DNA of 45,030 nt from contig CAYYMX010000002.1 in the NCBI GenBank assembly GCA_964473045.1, positions 1-45,030 on the forward strand. The letters run 5' to 3'. Positions 38,848 through 45,030 of this stretch are shown piece by piece (within the stretch, counting starts at the first letter, position 1; every line of letters begins with the position of its first letter). The position numbers and the translations under genes are program-made. Source of the DNA: an uncultured Alphaproteobacteria bacterium (lineage in GTDB: Bacteria > Pseudomonadota > Alphaproteobacteria > Methylaequorales > Methylaequoraceae). The notes below the pieces were generated by a model. The model did no database searches and was not told the DNA's origin. It was given only the letters and a program-made list of their open reading frames with translations.

Positions 38848-39282
38848 TCATTCAGAGACATTTATAATGATTTCAACTGATTCAAGTCGTTTGCTTTGCG
38901 GAATTTTAGGAATTTTTGATATAACAATTTCAGCTGAATTAATATCCTCAATTTTTCCAGTTGTTTTACAAAAAAAATGGTGATGGGAACTTCGATTTGT
39001 ATCAAAAAAAACTTTGTCACCTGCAAGCTTTACAACCTTGAGAATACCAAGATTAACAAACTGATTTAGGCCATTGTAAACGGTAGCAAGAGAAATCCTT
39101 TTTTGCTTCTTATTAATCTCATTAAAAACATCTTCTACTGTAAAATGATAATTACCTTTTTTAAAAAGCACTTCAACTAAACTTACCCTTTGTTTTGTAA
39201 GTTTTAGTGAAGAATTCTTTAGCATTTTCAATGCATTTATTTTCATTTTTAATGCTTTTTTTGTGAGATCTTTATTTCTCAT
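38848..39282 (-). CDS. irr: Fur-family iron response regulator, Irr type
   Basis: 144-aa ORF. The segment SLATVYNGLNQFVNLGILKVVKLAGDKVFFDTNRSSHHHFF aligns closely with Bradyrhizobium/Rhizobium Irr as I remember it (SLATVYNTLNQ...YFDTN..HHH). It has the HHH motif and no CxxC zinc pairs. The start may instead be an internal Met (M13 or M20). Confidence 0.8.
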   Translation of the reverse strand: MRNKDLTKKALKMKINALKMLKNSSLKLTKQRVSLVEVLFKKGNYHFTVEDVFNEINKKQKRISLATVYNGLNQFVNLGILKVVKLAGDKVFFDTNRSSHHHFFCKTTGKIEDINSAEIVISKIPKIPQSKRLESVEIIINVSE

Positions 39283-39306
39283 ATTCTTTAAAGTAAAAAA
39301 TAAGAC

Positions 39307-40707
39307 TTACAATCCTTTCACAATCCTGTCAACCAATTCTTTAACCCTTGGAACAAAACCACCTTTGTAAAAAGGGTCTAAAGCAAACCTATATACAGAG
39401 TGACCAGCAAACATCAATTCACTCTCTAGATTTGACAATCCATGACTGATCTTTTGGAGAGTTTTTTGAATACAAAATGATCTTGGGTCTGCCTTTTTAC
39501 CTGTTGTTCCTTTTTCATTTTGTGACCAATTGCTAAACAAGCAAGATGACAAGCATCCCATACAATCGATTTGATCTTTAACTATTTGACTAGCTTTCTT
39601 TAGGGTAACCCAGATAAGTGTATTATCAGGAGTTGTCAGCGGTTTGGCAAATCCTTTTTTTATCCAATCTAAAATTTTATACTTATCCGAAGGCTTTACA
39701 TAATATGTTCTTTTTCTTTCACCTATTTCAATCTTTTCATTAAATTCATTTGTTTGCTCTTTAACATACGGAGTTTGCCTTTCGGATCTTTCTTCAAGTT
39801 CTGTAATAAAATTATTTTTTACAGCAGAAGAGTAGAATCCTGTTGGGCTAAACCGGTGCAAAGATACTTCTCCCTTCTTTATATTTAGAAGTCTTTTTTT
39901 CCAAGCTTCTGGTATTGGGCTTTCTTTGGTTAAAAGTGGTCTCGTGCCAAATTGGAAAGCAATCTTTCCTATTTCAGGATTGTTAATCCAATCTGACCAT
40001 TCATTTAAATTCCAAACACCTCCAGCCATTATTATTGGAACTTCTTGAAGATTAAATTTATCCATCAATGATCTTAAATCTTTTACACGCGGATATGGGG
40101 GTTGAGGAGCTAGTGGATTTTCACTATTTGACAAACCATTATGACCACCGGCAAGCCATGGGTCTTCATAAACAACTCCTCCAAGATATTTAGCAGTCTT
40201 ACGATACGACCTTTTCCACAATGCATTAAAAGCTCTTGCCGAAGAAATTATAGGATAATAGTAAATACCAAATCTAGCTGCAATCTCTGATAATTTATAC
40301 GGCATTCCGGCACCACATGTAACTCCATCAATTATATTCCCAGCCTTTTCTAAAGTTTTAGTTAATATTTCTTCTGCTGCAGCCATTTCCCATAGTATAT
40401 TTATGTGAATTGGAGCGTTTTCACCTGCTATTTCTCTTGCTATTTTTGCTTGCTCAACAGCACCAGAAACTGAAAATTTTATCAGTTCACGGTGTCTACC
40501 AGTTCTAGTCTTTTCTTCGTAGATTTGAGGAATTAAATTTCCATTTTCATCATAAGAGTCAGCATTTACTCCCGAAAAAGTTCCGACTCCTCCCGCTTTA
40601 GCCCATGCACCAGAACTTTTTCCACTGCTTACAGAAATACCTTTTCCACCTTCAATGAGGGGTAAAGACTCTTTTCCAGAAATAATTATTGAATTCAGGT
40701 TTTCCAT
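39307..40707 (-). CDS. Nitronate monooxygenase (NMO/2-nitropropane dioxygenase) family flavoprotein, long form with Cys-rich C-terminal region
   Basis: 466-aa ORF. The N-terminal LPLIEGGKGISVS...AKAGGVGTFSG resembles the NMO FMN-binding TIM barrel. The C-terminal part carries CMGCLSSC...C. The assignment is moderate. Confidence 0.55.
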   Translation of the reverse strand: MENLNSIIISGKESLPLIEGGKGISVSSGKSSGAWAKAGGVGTFSGVNADSYDENGNLIPQIYEEKTRTGRHRELIKFSVSGAVEQAKIAREIAGENAPIHINILWEMAAAEEILTKTLEKAGNIIDGVTCGAGMPYKLSEIAARFGIYYYPIISSARAFNALWKRSYRKTAKYLGGVVYEDPWLAGGHNGLSNSENPLAPQPPYPRVKDLRSLMDKFNLQEVPIIMAGGVWNLNEWSDWINNPEIGKIAFQFGTRPLLTKESPIPEAWKKRLLNIKKGEVSLHRFSPTGFYSSAVKNNFITELEERSERQTPYVKEQTNEFNEKIEIGERKRTYYVKPSDKYKILDWIKKGFAKPLTTPDNTLIWVTLKKASQIVKDQIDCMGCLSSCLFSNWSQNEKGTTGKKADPRSFCIQKTLQKISHGLSNLESELMFAGHSVYRFALDPFYKGGFVPRVKELVDRIVKGL

Positions 40708-40727
40708 ATTTAAAACTATATATTATT

Positions 40728-42797
40728 TTAAACATCCTTAATACTCAGTTTTACCTTTCCTCTATCATCAACCCCAATAACTTTAACTTTTACCATATCC
40801 CCTTCATTTACCACGTCAGTTGTTTTCTCAACTCTTTCATCCTTTAGTTGGCTGATATGTACTAGACCATCACGGTTACCTAAAAAATTAACAAAAGCAC
40901 CAAATTCCATAGTCTTTACAACTTTACCTTCATAAATTTTTCCCACTTCAGGTTCTGCAACTATATCATTTATCATTTGAAGTGCAACTTCCCCATCAAC
41001 TGCTTTTAGAGAAGAAATTAAAATCTCTCCACTATCGTCAATTTCTATTTTAGCACCTGATTTTTCGCAAATTTCCTTGACAACTTTTCCTCCAGAACCA
41101 ATAACATCTCTAATCTTTGACTTGTCTATTTTTATTTTCTGAATTTTGGGAGCGTTAGACTTCGGCTCAGATCTAGACTCTTTTATCACTTTGTTCATCT
41201 CTGACAAAATATGCATTCTTGCTTCCAATGCTTGAGATAAAGCAGTGCTCATTATTTCTTCACTTATGCCATTAACTTTTATATCCATTTGAAGTGCTGT
41301 TATTCCAGAATTTGTTCCAGCAACTTTGAAATCCATATCACCGAGATGATCCTCATCACCAAGAATATCTGTTAAAACAACAAATTTGTCTTTCTCTTTA
41401 ATTAGTCCCATAGCTACACCTGCAACAGGATTTCTAAGTGGGACCCCAGCATCCATTAAAGCTAAAGATGTGCCACACACTGTTGCCATAGATGAGGAAC
41501 CGTTTGATTCTGTTATTTCAGATACTACTCTTATTGTGTAGGGAAAATTTTGAGTGTCTCCTAAGACTGGGTTAATTGCTCTCCAAGCTAATTTTCCGTG
41601 TCCAATCTCTCTTCTTCCGGTCGAACCTAATCTACCTGTCTCATTTACAGAAAAAGGTGGGAAGTTATAATGCAACATAAATTTTTCTTTTTTATCGCCA
41701 TCTAATGTATCTTTAATTTGCTCATCACTACTAGTTCCTAAAGTTGTTGTAACTAACGCTTGGGTTTCTCCTCTAGTAAAAAGAGAGACTCCATGAACAT
41801 TCTTAAGAAAATCTATCTTCACATCTATACTTCTAACGGTTTTTAAATCTCTACCATCAATTCTATTTCCGGTCTTAAAAACTGCAGATCGAACTAAATC
41901 TTTTTCAATTTTTTTTATGATATCACCAATATTGTTTTCTTCAGAATCATCGCTTTTGAATTTTTCAATAATTTTATTTCTTGCAGAAATAAGGCTATCA
42001 TTTCTCTCTTTTTTTTCTTTTATTTTATATAACGGGGCAAGTTCTTTGATAGAAAAATCTTGTAATTTTGAAAAATTTTTAGGCTGAGGTAATTTTTCTA
42101 CCTTCCAAGATTCTTTCGCAGATTTTTCAGCTAATTCAATAATTTTTTCAATTACTGACTGGAATTCATTAAAACCAAATTGCACAGCACCAAGCATAAT
42201 CTTTTCAGGAAGTTCATTGGCTTCCGACTCAACCATAAGAACTCCATCTCTAGTTCCAGCAACTACCAAATCTAACTCACTTTCTACCAACTCTTCGGTA
42301 GTTGGATTTAACAAATAATCTCCATTAGCATAACCTACTCTTGCACAAGCAATTGGGCCCAAAAAAGGAAGACCAGCAATAGTAATTGCCGCAGAAGCAC
42401 CAATCATAGCACAAATAGCTGGGTCGTTTTCACCATCATAGTTTATAACTGTACAAATAACTTGGGTCTCATTTTTAAAGTCTTGATGGAAAAGAGGGCG
42501 TAATGGCCTATCTATAAGTCTGGAATTTAAAACTTCTATCTCTGATGGCCTTCCTTCACGTTTAAAAAAACCACCTGGTATTTTCCCAGCAGCGTAAGTC
42601 TTTTCCACATAATGAACTGAGAGTGGAAAGAAATCACTAGCTGGGTTGTTTTCTCTGGACGCACAAACCGTGCATAACACTGAAGTAGAACCCAATGTAG
42701 CCAAAACAGCCCCATCAGCTTGTCTTGCTATTTGACCTGTTTCTAGTTTTAGACTAAGACCTTTCCAGTCTAATTCGACACTTGAAATATTAAACAT
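40728..42797 (-). CDS. pnp: Polyribonucleotide nucleotidyltransferase (PNPase)
   Basis: 689-aa ORF with two RNase PH domains, [16 protein letters not shown], a KH domain, and a C-terminal S1 domain ([20 protein letters not shown]). Confidence 0.98.
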   Translation of the reverse strand: MFNISSVELDWKGLSLKLETGQIARQADGAVLATLGSTSVLCTVCASRENNPASDFFPLSVHYVEKTYAAGKIPGGFFKREGRPSEIEVLNSRLIDRPLRPLFHQDFKNETQVICTVINYDGENDPAICAMIGASAAITIAGLPFLGPIACARVGYANGDYLLNPTTEELVESELDLVVAGTRDGVLMVESEANELPEKIMLGAVQFGFNEFQSVIEKIIELAEKSAKESWKVEKLPQPKNFSKLQDFSIKELAPLYKIKEKKERNDSLISARNKIIEKFKSDDSEENNIGDIIKKIEKDLVRSAVFKTGNRIDGRDLKTVRSIDVKIDFLKNVHGVSLFTRGETQALVTTTLGTSSDEQIKDTLDGDKKEKFMLHYNFPPFSVNETGRLGSTGRREIGHGKLAWRAINPVLGDTQNFPYTIRVVSEITESNGSSSMATVCGTSLALMDAGVPLRNPVAGVAMGLIKEKDKFVVLTDILGDEDHLGDMDFKVAGTNSGITALQMDIKVNGISEEIMSTALSQALEARMHILSEMNKVIKESRSEPKSNAPKIQKIKIDKSKIRDVIGSGGKVVKEICEKSGAKIEIDDSGEILISSLKAVDGEVALQMINDIVAEPEVGKIYEGKVVKTMEFGAFVNFLGNRDGLVHISQLKDERVEKTTDVVNEGDMVKVKVIGVDDRGKVKLSIKDV

Positions 42798-42814
42798 ATT
42801 TATCTCCTAAAAAT

Positions 42815-43081
42815 TTAACGCCTAAGCCCAAGCGATTTTATCAGAGACTCATATCTATCAACACTCTTCTTTTTAAGATAAGTTAATAATTTTTTTCTTT
42901 TTCCTACAAGTTTCATTAGGCCGAGTCGGGTATTGTGATCTTTTTTATTTGATTTAAGATGTTCTGTAAGGCTTCTTATTCTACTACTAAAAAGCGTGAT
43001 TTGAAACTCACTACTTCCAACATTTTTTTCCATCTTCAAATTATTTTTCTTTTCATCTTTCTTCTCTGAAACTGATACCAT
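42815..43081 (-). CDS. rpsO: 30S ribosomal protein S15
   Basis: 88-aa ORF. The segment ...LTEHLKSNKKDHNTRLGLMKLVGKRKKLLTYLKKKSVDRYESLIKSLGLRR is typical of S15. It sits between truB and pnp. Confidence 0.9.
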   Translation of the reverse strand: MVSVSEKKDEKKNNLKMEKNVGSSEFQITLFSSRIRSLTEHLKSNKKDHNTRLGLMKLVGKRKKLLTYLKKKSVDRYESLIKSLGLRR

Positions 43082-43102
43082 ATTTTTTTACCTTTCGTTT
43101 AA

Positions 43103-44020
43103 CTATATATTTCCCAACAATCTTTTTGGATAAAAAAATCTCTCCAAAAAATAGCCAAGTGCAATTTCCTTATTTGCATATTTTGCAAAAACCAATTTAT
43201 CCGAATCAAATTCATCACTAAAAATTCTTTCATTATCTATTTTAATAGCTTGTCCATTTAATATCATGCTTACTTCCTCTTTTTTCAAACTAAATTCTTT
43301 AGCCGTAGAAAAAAAGTAGTCGATTGGTTTGATAACATTTTTTAGTTGTTCACTATGCAATAAACTCAACAAATAATCTAGTGAAATAAGTTTTTTATTG
43401 CAACTTCCAAAACCAATTCTTCTTAATGAAAAAACTGTCCCATAGGTACCCAGAGATCTTGAAAAATCTTCGACCAAAGTCCTTATGTAAGTCCCTGAAC
43501 TACATTCAACATAAAATTCTGCTTTTTGATTTGAAATTACTTTAGTAAGAAAAAAATTTGATATGCAAGTTTTCCTTTTTTTTAATTTAAATCTAATGTT
43601 CTTTCTAGCTAGTTGGTATGCTCTTTGACCATTAACTTTTATCGATGAATATTTAGGAGGAACCTGTTCTATATAACCAATAAAATTTTTTATTTTTTTT
43701 TTTATTTCTTCAATGTTTGGAATTTTATTACTTCTTTTTTCAACCATACCCTCAATATCACCCGTATAAGTTTTTTCACCCCATTTTATTACAAAAACAT
43801 ATTCTTTCTTTTGGTTATCTAGCAAGTGAATCGTTTTGGTTGCTGAGCCTAGCGCAATCGGAAGAAAACCTGTTGCAAGAGGATCCAAAGTGCCTACATA
43901 ACCTCCTTTACAAAACCTAAAAATCTTTCTTATTTTTTGCAAGGCTGTATTTGATGACATGCCAAGTGGCTTGTCAAGAGGAATCCATCCGCTAATTTTC
44001 AATTCTTTATTAGCATTCAT
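43103..44020 (-). CDS. truB: tRNA pseudouridine(55) synthase
   Basis: 305-aa ORF with GWIPLDKPLGMSS and the catalytic-Asp motif GGYVGTLDPLATG. Confidence 0.95.
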   Translation of the reverse strand: MNANKELKISGWIPLDKPLGMSSNTALQKIRKIFRFCKGGYVGTLDPLATGFLPIALGSATKTIHLLDNQKKEYVFVIKWGEKTYTGDIEGMVEKRSNKIPNIEEIKKKIKNFIGYIEQVPPKYSSIKVNGQRAYQLARKNIRFKLKKRKTCISNFFLTKVISNQKAEFYVECSSGTYIRTLVEDFSRSLGTYGTVFSLRRIGFGSCNKKLISLDYLLSLLHSEQLKNVIKPIDYFFSTAKEFSLKKEEVSMILNGQAIKIDNERIFSDEFDSDKLVFAKYANKEIALGYFLERFFYPKRLLGNI

Positions 44021-44421
44021 TACACATCTTTGATTTTTAAACCATCAAGAATCTTTTCAACTTTTTGTGATTCAGTTCCTAAGGAGTCGATTTTAAACTT
44101 TAACTTAGGTGTATACCTTAACCCAATTTTTTCACCCATTCTTTTTCTTATCTTAAATAAGTTTTTTTCCAAAGTTTCGAGAATATCTCTCTGATCTATA
44201 ACATTGTTTTGGCAGAAATACGTTATAAAGACTACAGCTGATCTCATATCTAGAGACAGTGAGACTTCCGACACAAAAATCGTAAAAGTTCGCATTTTAC
44301 TATCTGTAAAACTTTCAGACAACAAGATCTGAGCAAGTGTTCTTTTAATTAATTCACAAACCTTAAGAATTCTAGATTGTTTCTTTTCGGTTTTAAATGA
44401 ATCAAAATTATTTTTTTTCAT
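44020..44421 (-). CDS. rbfA: Ribosome-binding factor A
   Basis: 133-aa ORF in the conserved infB-rbfA-truB position. The segment ...ELIKRTLAQILL...VSEVSLSLDMRSAVVF... is RbfA-like. Confidence 0.85.
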   Translation of the reverse strand: MKKNNFDSFKTEKKQSRILKVCELIKRTLAQILLSESFTDSKMRTFTIFVSEVSLSLDMRSAVVFITYFCQNNVIDQRDILETLEKNLFKIRKRMGEKIGLRYTPKLKFKIDSLGTESQKVEKILDGLKIKDV

Positions 44422-45030
44422 TGGCTTCTGTTACAAAAAATTCAAGTTTATCATTTTCAATAAAATCATTAAAATTATTAAGAGAGATTCCGCATTCTGT
44501 TCCAACGACAACTTCTTTGGCTTCATTTTTTTCTCTTCTTAAACTTTTAATTTGTGTTTCATGAATTATCTCTCCATCTCTAATAACTTTTACTACGGCC
44601 TTTGACAGGACTTTACCACTTTCAACATAACATCCAGCTACCTTATCAGAATTTGACATCTCAAAAACTTTCCTTATTTCAGCAACCCCTATTAATGACT
44701 CTCTTAAATCACTTTCAGCAAGCCCTTCAATAATTTTTTTTGCTTCATCTATTACTTCATAAATTATTGAAAAATACTTGATAGAAATACTTTCTCTTTT
44801 AGACAAATCTTTTGCCTGCGCATTTGCTCTTACATTAAATCCAAAAATTATTGCGTTCGTTGCTGTGGCCAAAGAAACATCCGACTCATTAATTTCTCCA
44901 ACACCAGCATGCAAAATTTTAATTTCTGTTTCATCAGAGTTCATTTTGCTCAAACTCTGTTCAATAGCCTCTTTTGAACCATGAACATCAGCCTTTATAA
45001 CTATAGAAATTACAGTTTTTTCCTTTTCTG
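44408..45030 (-). CDS. infB: Translation initiation factor IF-2, C-terminal part (5' end lies beyond the window)
   Basis: The reading frame stays open through 45030; hand translation upstream of the track start gives ...VIKADVHGSKEAIEQSL.... The downstream sequence ILHAGVGEINESDVSLA...GFNVRA is the IF-2 C-terminal domain. Confidence 0.9.
   Translation of the reverse strand, partial: EKEKTVISIVIKADVHGSKEAIEQSLSKMNSDETEIKILHAGVGEINESDVSLATATNAIIFGFNVRANAQAKDLSKRESISIKYFSIIYEVIDEAKKIIEGLAESDLRESLIGVAEIRKVFEMSNSDKVAGCYVESGKVLSKAVVKVIRDGEIIHETQIKSLRREKNEAKEVVVGTECGISLNNFNDFIENDKLEFFVTEANEKK

Overview
This is a 45-kb chromosomal segment that looks AT-rich (roughly 30% G+C by eye, not computed) and is extremely gene-dense. 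I call 52 protein genes and 2 tRNAs. Most intergenic gaps are under 50 bp, and many neighbouring genes overlap by 1-14 nt. Protein signatures and synteny point to a free-living, genome-streamlined alphaproteobacterium of the Pelagibacterales (SAR11) type; this is a guess from composition and gene content and has not been searched. Core blocks are: (1) rpsT-rhodanese-dnaA-dnaN-recF-gyrB-PBP1A on the minus strand; (2) mutM divergent from ubiE-coaBC-dut-Rrf2-cysK-moeB/thiF; (3) infB(partial)-rbfA-truB-rpsO-pnp-NMO-irr-katG on the minus strand; (4) an envelope operon DUF2141-UDP-xylose synthase-hldE-HAD. The rest comprises two tandem cold-shock genes, a beta-carbonic anhydrase, a TonB-dependent receptor, a POT peptide transporter, a CbiX / tetrapyrrole-methylase-like / SCO cluster, and many small conserved-domain proteins. 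I found no rRNA, CRISPR array, IS element, transposase, integrase, prophage or recognisable defence genes. I also do not see a convincing novel multi-gene system, and the window reads as ordinary core genome. The leads most worth checking are small. First, an Irr-type regulator is followed by a near-consensus ICE palindrome in front of katG. Second, a 276-bp tandem csp duplication carried along the 3' tail of the neighbouring gene. Third, the divergent mutM and ubiE genes share a CATG at their start codons. Fourth, a GC-rich hairpin enclosing a Shine-Dalgarno-led 29-codon ORF lies after the TonB receptor gene. Fifth, a tetrapyrrole-methylase homologue next to cbiX has degenerate motifs. Sixth, a CbbY-like HAD phosphatase is translationally coupled to hldE. 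All functional calls come from motif recognition by eye; no database search was run.
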